64,000 nt of DNA from Lingula anatina (lineage: Eukaryota > Animalia > Brachiopoda), in contig CM120642.1 of the NCBI GenBank assembly GCA_051362555.1, positions 16,430,001 through 16,494,000 on the forward strand, read 5' to 3'. This document shows positions 37,526 to 51,100 of this stretch, one piece after another (within the stretch, counting starts at the first letter, position 1; each line of letters starts with the position of its first letter). Made by a program: the position numbers and the translations under genes. The notes beneath the pieces are model-generated. The model worked only from the letters and a program-made list of their open reading frames with translations. It had not been told where the DNA came from and did no database searches.

Positions 37526-40114
37526 TAGGGGTGGGCAAATGAAAGCTTTTTGGGGAAATTTAATTTCAGAAAAGTGGATTCTATGGCCATTTTGCCTGCT
37601 GAATACAAATCTGTCTAAGTATTTTCATTTTAAATTACATCTGATATTGGTATCAAGTGATTTTTCAAAATGGCCACCAAACGTTCCCTCAAATCACATA
37701 TTTCTCATGTAAATCTTTAAATATCAGTTCAAAGATGGCTTGTTATATGTCTAACCATATGATTTCATGATCAATGAGCACAAATAGATACATCATTTCG
37801 GTTGAGTCACTTCATTTTGGGTTAAAAAGAGGATTTTTTGGTCATTTTGAGGTAAAAATCACCCTAAAATCACCATTTCCGTGTACATAAATACAAATGT
37901 TTATAAAATATGCAACTGTGGCTTTTAAGTTAGGGAAAACAATATTACAACAAATATGGTCAATATTGTTCAAGGATCACATGAAACTGAAAAGTTTTGA
38001 CACATAGAATAGGCATAATGTTAGTTACATACGGGAATATTTACAGTAGAACACTCAGTAGCAGAGCATTAAGGATATTGTTATTCTTTATTACCATCCA
38101 GATACCGAAAATGAGTTTTTTCCTGCATCTAATTATTCAATAATGTATCTGTCTTTGTGCTGCTTTGAAACAATGAAAAAACTCTTGAAAATATGAAATA
38201 TAGGCGTTTATATTTTTTCGTTGCAATGTATAAGCATAAGCAACTCAAAGCTTTAATCATCTATTTAACAACTTTCTTTTTTGAGATTAGTTAGCAATCC
38301 ATATGGGGCTTAACTTCATCCCTGAACAAGATTTTATCACGAAAATTGGCCAATGTACCACAAGGGCATGAGCTACAATCCCATGCCAACGTTTTGGTTT
38401 AAATGCTTTTGTTATGGAGTTATGAGTCTGTAATGACAGATCTTCTAAAAACAAAGGTATTACTTTGCTTTATCAACGATCAAATCTGAACTAAGGCTTT
38501 AAAAAATCGCTGGCAGGGTTTTGGGGTACTAAATGATGTCATTAAATTGGCTTTGAAATAGCGATCACGGGTGTTCAGGTAAAACAGAAATTTGAGAAAC
38601 CGATTTTTTCAGTTTTTACCCCCAAACTGCAATTATGCTGTCACCCGTAAGATGACATGTGTAAATGTTAATTAATGTAATCACTGAACACTGAAAATTT
38701 ATTTATCACCGAAAAGAATGTATGTAAGGCAGTAAATAAGGAGTTTTGGGTGAACGGTGACAATATCCTTATTGTCTTCATTTATAACCTAGTCACACTA
38801 GAGGCGGAATGAGCTAGAATGTAGTCGGAATGAAAATTTCTTGTTTATTCCTGGATATTTAAAGTATCTAAAAATTCTAAGCGCATTCTAAATGCTTGGG
38901 TCCATTCTTGCTTCCTGTTAAAATGTTTTGCTCATTCTCAAAACTTTCGAAGTGCATTCCAAGTGGGAAAATATCGAATGGCATTCAAATGTATTCTAAC
39001 TGCACTATGAGCGCATTCTTAAGATTCTTACGAAATTCCAACAGCATTCGAAACATTTTGGTCACATTTGAGGGAGAACCGAAATGGCAAGGCGCTTCAA
39101 ATCTTGTCAGAATGTTCCACATAGTGCCTCCAATGAGCAGGAATGCAACTCGAATGCATCTCGATTGCAGGCCGGAATTCAGCCAGCAATGAAACCACAC
39201 TTGTATGGCATTTGAAGTGCATTCTAAATATTCTCACTATATTTAGACAGCATTAACGATATTCCTAATGTGTTCCAACTACATTCGAGCTGCATTTGAG
39301 AGCTAATACTATACAACCGAAATGTGCACGAATCATTCCAGGTGGGTTCGAAGCGCATTTTGAAGTATTCTTACTGGAATTAAGGTCAATTTGATATTAC
39401 CCAACGAATGTGGCGCGAATTTTGAAAATTCTTCATTATGACTCATTCTGCTTGATTACTTCAGATTCCAAATAAGTGTGACAGGGGGCTTTATAGTGCC
39501 TTCTGGTCTCAGTGTATTTCTTGTTGATGCTTTCATGGTGGTGATGAGATACTCTTAAACTACGCAACTGAAACTAAGTACTATTCCAAGGTCAAGAGCT
39601 TAGAGGTTGTAAGAGGTTGATGTCACCTGACAAAGTTTTACCTGTTCTGAAGAAAAGGAAAATTATACAGCATAAAATTTGTTGGTACACATCCATGAAG
39701 GTATTTTCAGCATTGTTTTTATACCAAACTATAATCCATGAATTCAGTATGTACATAATCGTCATTATTTATATTTATCTTAGGCTCGAAGTGTGTATTT
39801 TATGTATATGCTTGTTTTAAAAGACATATTTTTACAGATGTCACCCTAACAATATTGCCAATGTCTTGAATATGCTCATATGTGAACTCAGCAACCCTCA
39901 AAACATATAGAAAGACATATTACACATTTTTTTATGTACTTTACTGTGAAAATATGGCCAAAAAGCCATTTCCCACCTTTTTTTACAAACAAATAGCAGA
40001 TACCAATATAAATCTTTAGCTTTGGTAAAAAATATTGTCAGATTTGTGTTCAGCAGCAAAAATGGCCATAGAATCCACCTGTTTTAGAAAAATTTTGTCA
40101 TTTGCCCACCCCTA
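37526..40114. mobile_element. 2.6-kb degenerate TIR DNA transposon
   Basis: Termini taggggtgggcaaatga / tcatttgcccaccccta, plus subterminal inverted matches (gtggattctatggccatttt / aaaatggccatagaatccac). No intact transposase seen. Confidence 0.75.
38785..39490. mobile_element. Nested ~700-bp MITE-like element rich in GAAT/ATTC
   Basis: Imperfect termini acctagtcacact / agtgtgacagggggc; composition is distinct from the host element. Confidence 0.55.
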
Positions 40115-40773
40115 GGTGGTCATTTTATAGTCTGGGCTTTTTGTTTGTATATAAAATAGATGAACAACAACAAAATACATTTAAAAGTTACAAATATTAG
40201 TTTAATATAAATTCAGTAAGTCTGAGACTCATGTTATCATATGCCATTCTGGACAACACAGACATTTTACAAAATTATACAGAAAAATAAATTGGATTTG
40301 ATTCTTGTTGTTTATGTTCTTCTGGGGAGCAGCATTATGTGGGAGAAAAAGGAAGTGTCTGAAATAAAAGGCATACCTTTTGGATTAAATGATCAAGTTA
40401 ATCATAGATATTTTAAACATCTTAACTGAAAAATTATGTTATTGTTTAAGAATGGAAAATATCATAATTTCATCTTGTTGCTTGAACATGAAATATCTAT
40501 AAAAACGTTTCATTTTTTTGGCATTTGAGTTTCAAAGTTATTAAAAGAATGATCTGTCTTATTGTGTGCTAAATAACAGCTCTGTTACAAAGCACTGTAC
40601 AATAATGTTTTGTTTTTCTTAATGAGCAAAATTACAGTATTAAAAAAGAAAACTACAAAAGCACTCATAGAGCACAGAGTTTCTGACCTACACTGGGTAA
40701 ATTATTAAAAATTACTAAATAATTCAGGCATTTAAAGAAGATTTGATTATAAAGTTAGAGAAAACATTTTTCC

Positions 40774-43635
40774 TCATTCTAAGACAGTAAATAATTGCAC
40801 CACATTGCCCTCAGGGTCTTGTGCTTCCCACAGATCTGAAGAAATCTGCTGCAGTTTATTCAAATCACTAGGGGGCAACTGTAGTGTCTGCAAGCAAAGA
40901 ACAGTGGCAGCTGCTGGTGCTGCCACCTTCAGTCCATGAAAATAGGCTACGACCAGCTCCAGTTTTGGTTCCATTGCAAAGACAGCATACTTTGAAACAC
41001 CATCACTTCCTTGCTTAGACAAAGGTGTTGATTTAACAATCTTATGATAAAAAGTGACCATGTCATCAAAACTGGTTTGGTCCCGTACAAAAACAGTGAT
41101 CTGTACTCCAGGTTGGTTTGCCCCTGTGATGACCCCCCACAGGAGTGACCCATGCCTCGAGTTCACATAGAACTTGCCGTCGCTCGTGATATCTTCCATA
41201 CAAGCTGGTACAGCAACCTGTTGCCATGGCAACTGTGATAACCTCTGAAATGACTGTTCTGCTTTGGCTTGGGCATTTCCATGGAAAAGCAAACTGATGC
41301 CCAAAGTGGGCAAAGGTCCCTGGGCAGACAACGGTGGTGATTCCCCCTTGGACATCACAGCCTCCATAACTAAAGCATATGGGAACCAAGCAGAGAAGGG
41401 TTGTATAATGTTCTGTAGCTCAACATGTAAGGTGGATGCTGCAGTTGTGATGATTGTCACGTAGCACTTTGATGGCTCAACTAACACAGCCACTGGAAAA
41501 AAGGAGTAGTAAATGTTATGTTGTTGCATTGAAAATGTTATGTTGTTACAGTGACTTAAAACAGTTGTACTGAAAAATAATGTTGAACTTTGTCTAATTT
41601 TTTTCCATAAAAATATGTAAAAAAAAAAGATGATAATTACTAATTAGGTATTCTCTCTCTCATTTTTTCTGAAGGAGAGGGAGAGGACTCAAGTCACTGA
41701 AGTATATCAATGGGCTACCATTTTCCATCTTTAAACTTTCAAAAAGAATATAAGATGATCCCACATGAATTCACCTACCTTCCAATTTGACTGCATTTAC
41801 CTCTGGCCCTCCACACTTCTCTAACTTTCCATCTAAGAAATCCTGCCCCAATGCATGATAGCTGGCAGCACTGGGCAACAACAAGAGTACTCGCTGGGAA
41901 TTCCACCTAAATTAATATCATGAGCCTTTACAACAAGCATAACAAGAGAACAAAATATTTGACATACAAATAAAGTGGAAATGACAGATATCAGGAAACT
42001 GGCTGAAACTGATATGCACATGTATAAAAAATATACATGGTACTGTCTGTTGACTGAACCATACATGTAAGTCATCTATGTTATATGATGGTACAAATCA
42101 TAATGAAGATTATCTCTATACAGTAATGACATCTACAGTAAAGAGTACATCTCACCACTTCCTCAGACCCATGTTGTAAATAAATCAATAAATCATGAGC
42201 TCTGAATTAATCTGGATACATATAAATATCTTAATAAATAATGAATCAGTACTAGTAAAACACTACATAAAATCTTTAAACTCATGTACTGAAAGATTCT
42301 AACTTACCTTAAGATTTCACATTTGGAATTTTTGCTCAACTTCTGAAGGCAACTATTCACGAGTTTGACTGTTTTCTCAATTAAAGGAAGACCAGATCCA
42401 GATAACGTAAGCAGAGCATAAAACCCATCAGCTTCAATTATAGGGGAGAATCTTGCTCCAAATGTTTTATTGACCTAAAAAATATAGTATTACTTATTTG
42501 CTAAATATATAATATAATTACCAACAAGATATGCAACATAACAAACACTTTAACATATTGTGATATTAATGCGTATTAGTTACAATGCAAAGCGTCCACA
42601 GTATGCAACAAACAAGATACCCGAGTGCGGGTAATACAGCAGTAATACAGCGCAATATACACAGGAAAAAAAAGTCCAGTTGCAATTATACAAAAGGAAC
42701 GGTCTTTCCAAACAAAGTAGGGTGATATAAAAGCAACTACTTACTAGGAAATTAATATTGTTGATATAGCTCAACAATTCGAGGAGGCTTTGATATCAAC
42801 AGGTCAGCAGCCATGTTGGGGAGTGGCTCTTCTTGGAAATATTACCAACCATTAAGTTCTATCAACGATATTAAGTGTAATATGTTTCACTTGCATATCA
42901 CCCTATTTTGTTTGAAATTACCCTTTTCCATGTTTACTTGCAACTGGACTTGTTTTTTCAAGTGTATTGCGTGGTGTTCTTCTGTATTGCACAATTCAGT
43001 CACACCCAGATGAGTGTTATCCCACAACTGGCGCTTCAAACAACACCATGATTGCACTTGTGTTTCACTCGGACTGTAGGGTGTTCAAATGAAGGCAAGT
43101 ATGTAAGCGAAATTCAAGTGCAATTATCTTATTTTTCGTAGCGCCAGACAGACCTGGATAAAAATATATTACTAGTAATGTCTTGCCAAACGTTACACAA
43201 TAGAGAGGGAAGGAATTTTAATATCATCAGTTATTTTCCAGTTTTTTTTTTTAATCTTACCTTCCTCGGTCTTGTACAATGCAACTCAACCCTCTCACCG
43301 GACTGACGTTTTGTGTAGCAACTTGGCGAGTCCGTGTGTAAATTGACGCCTAGCCCAACCCCATCAACAGTATCCAACTCGTCACCGCTCACTTCAACAT
43401 TTATATCTTCTAAATCATCAAACATCCCACTGATTTCATCCCAAAAATTAGCGCCATGGTCCATAGCTGAGGCAAGGAGTTGCAATAACTCCTTGGTTGA
43501 AATAAGTTGTACTTCGCTCCTACACTTTTCTGACTTCCAGGTACACAGTACACAGGGCTCTTCTTGATAATTGAAAACGTTAGATGGCGCTATTGAGGAG
43601 GATACGCAATTTGATCGTTCGAATTTGCAGTCCAT
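40774..43635 (-). CDS. FAM124A: FAM124-family protein with an N-terminal extension (4 predicted exons)
   Basis: The last exon (~41493-40774) matches FAM124 motifs: LGISLLF, LSQLPWQ, LLWGV, ITVFVRD..FDDMVTFYHKIV, ISSDLWEAQDPEGNVVQL. Upstream phase-compatible exons are 43635-43261, ~42474-42308 and ~41822-41791. The A versus B orthology cannot be resolved here. Confidence 0.75.
42620..43010. mobile_element. Old MITE-like inverted repeat in FAM124 intron 1
   Basis: Imperfect arms, e.g. aagtccagttgcaa...caaagtagggtgatat versus atatcaccctattttg...ttgcaactggactt. Confidence 0.5.
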
Positions 43636-44517
43636 ATAGCTCGCATCTGAAAATATTCTTATGAAAAATTCAACCAATTTTTTTTATTTCTCCATGCAAT
43701 TGAGTTTGTTAACAACATTTGTCATGTTGACAGAAATGCCTTTTATTTTTTTGAGCGCCCTCTATAATAATCACCAATCGATTTCAATGGCGTCCCTCCC
43801 TCCGATGTAAACAAAAGAGAAGAGAGATAATTTGACTGCAAAAATCAGCAGCATCATGATAGAGAAGAGCTCTTTGCAGTGGTAAATGTACTATCACAAA
43901 TGATGCCACAGTACGTTTTGTGATATCTTTTGATTAATATTTTTGTGAATAAGAATCAAAGATTTTAGATGTTGTGTGCACTCTGACTGGACAATGACAA
44001 AGTCTGTCAGTGTCAGAGGCAATGTCATTGCTAATTGACACTGTAACATTTACATTGTGGCCATGGCTCATTAACATGGCATTGGAATTATTTTAGACTC
44101 ATTTTGCAAAAACACGATAAGTTTTAGCATCATGGCAAATTAAACACGATAGATACTCAATAGGCTGATTTCATTTCATTTATTTTTTTTTCTTGCAATT
44201 ATAGTACCTGTACATGTACCGGTACAGTGTAGTTTGTCAATCTGTTAAGTTGACTTTGATTAAAGTAAAGAATAAAACATGAAATGCGAGTGCTGCTATT
44301 TATAGTACTTTTACTACAAACCCTCCTTGAGTACATGTATGTCCAAGTGTAGAAATAGTTAATTCCCTTGTTAATTCCTCGATCCAGTATTATTCACATG
44401 CATACTAGTACATATTTACATAATTGAGTCAACCATCAGACAATTGTGTAAAATATGCTGTTCAAAGAACTTAAAGTAACATTATAATATCTGTTAAATA
44501 TTTTGCAGAATTTCACC

Positions 44518-44571
44518 ATGAGGGGAAATAGCAAGATCTTTTCAATGGTTGGCACAACAATCAGCAGATAA
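44518..44571 (+). promoter_or_regulatory. Upstream ORF (MRGNSKIFSMVGTTISR*) in the receptor 5' UTR
   Basis: CACCATG context; the stop ends 4 nt before the signal-peptide ATG at 44576, in the same exon. Confidence 0.5.
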
Positions 44572-44575
44572 AGTC

Positions 44576-45109
44576 ATGATTTTGAACCTGTTTATGCTAC
44601 TGGTGGCAGTTCTGCCCTATGTCATAGCAGAGATTGGTATGTATCATTATGTACGTCTTACATCATTTTTATATCATTATTTCATTTTATATTGTAAACA
44701 TTCAGATGTGTTCACATCTGGTGAATAATTACTTAATTATTATTTCTACTTAATTGATTAATAATATATTTCTACTCATTGAAGACTGGGTTCTTTTTGT
44801 ATTTCCAGAGTTTCAGTTGCAGCCCCAGTCCACTGCAGTGGTCATTGGTCGGGGTGCTGTCCTTCACTGTCTTGGAGTGGACACTGATGGAGGAGGTCAT
44901 CTCTCTGTGGTCTGGTCAATGGACGGAGCACCCACAGCAGCCAAGACCTCAGTCTTTCAGAATAACTCCCTTTATGTGCCAAATGTTCAACAGTCAGACT
45001 TAGGTATTAATGTGATGAAGTGTTCCCTCTTCTCCAATGTTTAACCCAAGTTTAGGTTCAGTATTTTAAATTATGATTTTGTCTCAGAATTTGATTGCAC
45101 AAAACACAA

Positions 45110-45172
<63 letters not shown>

Positions 45173-48100
45173 AATGATAATTCTAACACCTTGCCTTTAC
45201 AAGTAATCTTGAACTTGGAGAGAACAGAAGCTTTGAAGTCATAAGTCACAAATAAGTAAACATTGGCATTGTTTCAAGTAAATATGTTCTAATATTTAAA
45301 TATATTTAAAATTCTATTTTAATCAAGGAGAGTATACCTGTACCTTGAGAGTAGGTGGAGACCTGAGTAGTGAGAGAACAAGCAGAGAAGCCACATTACT
45401 GGAAGCATGTAAGTGTCACAGACAGGATGACTTGCAGTGGTGGATCAGAGGATCTTTATCAAAGAATTGTTCATCCCTGAGCCCTACATATTTTAGCAGT
45501 GAAATTATCATTCTCTAATGTTTTATATAAAATTATCCTTTTGTATTGTTTTATATTTGCCTCCCTCCCCCTTAGCAAAATCCTGGATCTAGCTGCCAGT
45601 GGCTTGTCAGGCATATATGTACATGTACTTGTAGAAATTGTTTTTTGTCTCTATATCTGAAAAAGAAGAGACAGACAGACAGGCACCTGTGGGCATTAGA
45701 ATTATTATTTACATGTAGGACGGTGTAGATATTTATAATCATGGTCATTTTGTAGTCCTTATATTTTAATTATTTTTTAAAATGTTAAAAAGATAAATGT
45801 CATTGAATAAATTATGAATATCAAAGTTGTTGCTTGTTTAAACAGAAATGTAAACCCCACAACATCATATCATGTTAAAGAGATGAAATCACATGTGATT
45901 GTTGTTTTTTTTCTCTCTCAGTCATCAAAGACTTTGTCATTGATCCCCAACCTCCTGCGACAGCAGTACATGTTAACGGCACTGCTCAGTTTCACTGTGT
46001 CAGTGGCAAGAGTGCCCCGCCCCCTCAACTGTACTGGGAGAAAGATGGAGCCTTGTTCACTGAGGGGGCCCAACACATAGCAGTCTTTGGAAGTATAGGT
46101 CAGTACAATAACAGGCACGTAGCCAGGTGGGTTCGGGGGGTTCGAAAGAACTGCCTCTTTTGCTGGGAAAATGTCCACTCTGGGTAAAATTTGATCTAGG
46201 TACATGAAGTTTCAATGGGAAAATGTCCACTTTTTCAGAAAAAGAACCCCCCTTTTGAAATTGCTGGCTACAGGCCTGAATAAACCTGCAAGTGGTTACC
46301 TGCAGAGTTTACAGCACAGGTTTGTTGGAAACTGTGTCATTGCCGTTTTTAAATGACAACCTTTTGAATTGAATAGAAATGAAGAGAATGGATTGCTCTT
46401 TGAAATTTAAAAGTTTTCTTATTAATTTTTGTATTTCATTTAAGTAAATTAATATGTAAGCTGTTTCAGCTTGAAAATGATAATGATTATATTTATTGTT
46501 ACTTGTTTGAGTTAATTTTGTAACATTTTAAAACTATTTTATTATTATAATTTAGATTATACATGTATATATTTAAAATTAGGTCTTCTGCAGTAGGTTA
46601 CTTTTTCCTCCATAACACCTTCTTCCTACATGAAATGTTTTAACACTTAATTTTACCCATTGAAAAGAGAAGGAAATGTATGATTCCACTGCTACTGTAT
46701 TATATTGGATCATCTTTAGTTAAGCAGGCACTGAGAAGAAAAGTGAGAAGAAAAGTATCCAATTAAACACTGCTCAAAGGAAAGTGGTGTTATAGAGGAG
46801 ATAATACTTTTATGGGATGATTATATATTGTTTAACATTTAATTTGTATTTTGTTCTTATTTTTCATTTAACAGAGGGTAAGTGTAGATGTAAAAATATT
46901 CATTACATGTGTGGCACCTAGTTGCAGAGTTGCCAGTTATTTGAGCTAACCTATACATACTGGTATAATGCATTTTTAACCTACATGTATATATTAATAT
47001 GTATATACATATTTAACATATATAATTATGACAATGCACACTTTGAATGAAATACATGTATATTCTGCTTATATGATACATGTAGTTCAAAATAATTGAC
47101 TAGGTTTCATTAGAAGGTACATTGTAAACCAGATTGTAAATGGTCCGTTTAAGCCCCGAACAGGAGTGTGTCATGAAAATCAGTTTTAAGACTTACTGCA
47201 AGAAGTAGACTGTTAGTTGACAATACATACTAAAGGAAGTCCTGGGGTAGACCAGGTGTTGACAACCACCTGCTTAGTGAGCCCTCAGTTGATTAGAGTC
47301 AGCTCAAGAAAGGAGAAAACACATGGACTTAAATAATTGAGTGAGGGCAAAGGCTCCTCAATGCAACCTTTATGTTTTATAAAGGGATGCCATTGGCTCC
47401 CTAGCATTACCGGACAATAAAATCAGAAATAATAGCTTTAAAGCTCCATGGTGTGACTTTGACATTGAACTCAGTCTAAGCTACTGTTTTAAGTAAGTCG
47501 AAAACCATTGATTTTCTACTCATTCCTGAAAGGGCATGAGAAAAAATATTTGATCAGTAAGCTGTTTTTCAGTGATTCATAGAATGGACTATTAACCCTA
47601 TGCTTTTTATGTGCACTATTTCTCCATAGATGATAATGTAACTAACAGTCCTGGAGGTACGAGTAACATTCACTTGATGTTGCATGTGGATTTTGGGAAG
47701 GATATTAAGATAAAACTTAGCATGTCAATAACCATAGATTGATGTATTTCTTTCTTTCAAATCTTTTAACAGTTTGAATAAATTCCAATGGGAAATAAGA
47801 GACCTTTTATGTGAAGCTGAAAATGTTTTTGACTGCCATATGAATTTACAAAAAGATATTTTGTAAATGATAAAAATTAGTTTTCTGAACATGAATAATT
47901 TTATCACTCAAATTATAAGAAATATCATTTCTTTATATCTGGTGTGGGTTATCATGATATTGCAAAATGGAGTATATTCAATTCTTACTATCCTCACAGT
48001 AATCTTTTACTTATAAACTAGTCGTATATCTAAATATTTTCCTTCAACTAACATTAGCCAGAGCTTCAGAAGCGATGTGGGCCAGTTTTACCATTTTCAA

Positions 48101-51100
48101 ATTACCCCACATTTCTGCTTGTCACATCTGAACTTCAGGGAAGTTTGGAAGAAGAAAAATATGCCCATCACAAATGATGTTAAGTTTATATGAACTACTG
48201 GGTTCATGTATACCATATGCCTTTCTAGGGAGACACAAAATAAGCATGTCTGGATGTATTTTTGTGATAAGTACTGTAAACTTCAATCATACTTGTTGCT
48301 GAATGCCACAGTTTGAGTTTGAAGACTGCTCATACAGAGTATTGAGCTTTGAAATTGAAGAAACTGTCCCATGTTGAAGTTGAAGCTCAGGTTAGATAGC
48401 ACTGCACGTGTGACCAGCATCTGTAGGCAATAGTATGGTAGCAGTATATGTACATGTGTATATTCTTCTAACAAACATTAGGCCTGGGATTTTGCATGTT
48501 TTTATTTTAAGGTCCATTGTCAACTTCACCTTGTGCTTTTATGCTTAGTACTGTGTCGGAACATTTTCCATTTTTTTTTTTCAATTCTTTTTTTAAAATT
48601 GGAATGATTGCTAAACATTTAAACTTGGCACATGCATTGTGGTATGACATTGGTTTTTAACCACAAAACTTGCTTTATTTTAGCAAAGAACCCACACTTT
48701 TTTCTTTAAAGTTTCAAAGAAGTAATTGATTTCAACTCAAAACATTGATTTCAATTAGTAACTAAATTGAGAGTACTGATCATTTGCTTTTAATTGTCAC
48801 AAATGTTATAGTTATGACCTTATACACAGACTTAATTTCAGCATGTTGCAATGTGGCGGGGTATTGAATTTATTTAGCAATGAATTTTTAAATCAGAAAA
48901 ATTAGTGTTGATGAGTGTGCACATGTGATGATAAGCTTAATGCTTTTAAATGTATCGTTTCCATTATATTGATCAGTCTATTTTAAAAGTACAGTAGATG
49001 TAAGACCAATTCTTATTCGCTAGTGCAGTATATAATGAAATTTGATGTAGCCTCTTCAAATTAATTTGCTAGGTATTTAAATACTATAACTTACTTTAAT
49101 ATTGTCTTACAAAGACTTTGTTGTTGTGAAAGTCTACTATTTATTTTCATTTTTATAATTCAGTGAAGCATCAAAACAGGTGTTTGTAAGATATGTATTG
49201 TTTTAATTTTTCATGTTCAGTGTCAAAAACATTTTTCTGTTTTGTAGGGGATGGCAGCATAGGACAGCTGACATCACTGCTTGAATTTAGAGTCACAAAA
49301 TCTCATGAAGGATGGTACCGCTGTGTTGCTAGAAATCCTCTCACCGGAGAAGAAAGAAGGAGCAAGGAATCAAATCTTACTGTGTCATGTTAGTTTGTCA
49401 AATCTGTTGCATGGTCTTGTTTTTTTCTGATTTTTGAATTGAAATTATGCAAAAGAAGCATTCTCAATAATTATATTGCCTTTCCGAAGTTCTTTCGATA
49501 TCCAGAACTGTTCAGCCTGCCAAAAATATCAATCTCAGATCATTGTAACAGTATATTTTGCTTAATAATTTGTCATTAATCATAGAACAACACATGACAC
49601 GAAAGACATCATCTATGAGAAGGGTGAACAGTATGAATTGCACTAAACGTTAAGAATACAGTCAACATGTTTAATGCATAATTTCTTCACTGTGACTTAA
49701 TTTTTGTCCTACAATTTCAGATGAACCTGTAGCACCATACATTCCCCGTGGCGCTGACTTGCAGTCTTTCATGTATCTAGCAGGAGGTGTGCCATATTCT
49801 CTCCACTGCCCAATACAGGGATGGCCCCAGCCAACTCTCACATGGTATAAGAATAGGCATATTGCCAAGGCCACAACAGGTATGCACCTGTATGCCAATG
49901 GTACACTAGCCTTCTCCACTGTAGATGGCAGCACCGAGGGCCTCTACTACTGCAGGGGAAGTTATGGGCAAAACAGCATTATGTCTTCAACTTTGAACAT
50001 TTCTGTGGCAGGTAATTTGACTAGTTAATATAATGTTTATAGCCTGAGTGCTAATATTTATTATTAATAATTAAATTTCTTCATCAGTTCATAGTTACTG
50101 AAAAAGAAAAATAATACTTGAATTAATTTTTAAAGCAGCATCAAACATAGCAGATAACAGACTTTTGGCACATTCACAAAACTGAACCCACTTATGCTGT
50201 GCGACACACGTTGTCAAGTATTTTGATTTGGCCTAAAACTTGATTAACAAATTTCAATCAAACCATATAATCTTATTGTATCAAATATTTAAAGCAAATT
50301 ATAAAATGGGTTTTTCACCTTTCCCTCAGTCAGAGTGCATCAATTAACAATTGATAGGTAATTAAAAGGTTTTTCAGCATGATAAAAAAGGTTTAAAATA
50401 TTGCGACAAAGAAATGCCTTTGTCAGCCAGAAATGTACAATTTAAAGAGTTCCTGTTTAGAACACAGTTACTGTAATTTTGTAAACCCAGAGATTTTGTA
50501 GCTGAAAAGTTGTCAGAAAACACTGCAAATATTTTTTGGAAAAGTCCATACACTTTTGTTCCTGCTGCAGTTTTAGATGCAGAATTCAAACAAGAGCCTC
50601 AAGACGTGGAGGCAATGGCTGGAACGGCTACTACCATTCACTGTCAACCACCGCGCAGTGTCCCACAATCCTCTGTTACCTGGTACAAGGACGGCACAGA
50701 ATTTCAGCAGCGATCAGGGGTGTATGCAGCCACTGTATTGCCCAGTGGAGATCTCTATTTCTCCTATGTCCAGAAGGCTGATGAGGGTCAATACATGTGT
50801 GTGGCTGTTAATCCTCATGCAATTCCTCAGACAAGGGCATCTAATCCTGCAGTCCTAACAGTTAAAGGTGGGTCTTTTAATTGCCAATACAGCACTGTGG
50901 CTATAATTATGTTGGTCATTGTCTTGTTTTAGTTCTGTGTAGAAACTATTCTTTTTATTTTGATTAATAAATTAAATACACATAAAGCAGGTCAAATTGG
51001 GATGACCATGTTGTCCATAAATCAACAAATTGTCCACTTTCCACTGACCACTATCTATCCAGGTATATGTACTTCTCTGACCTCTGTCCACTGATCTGAC

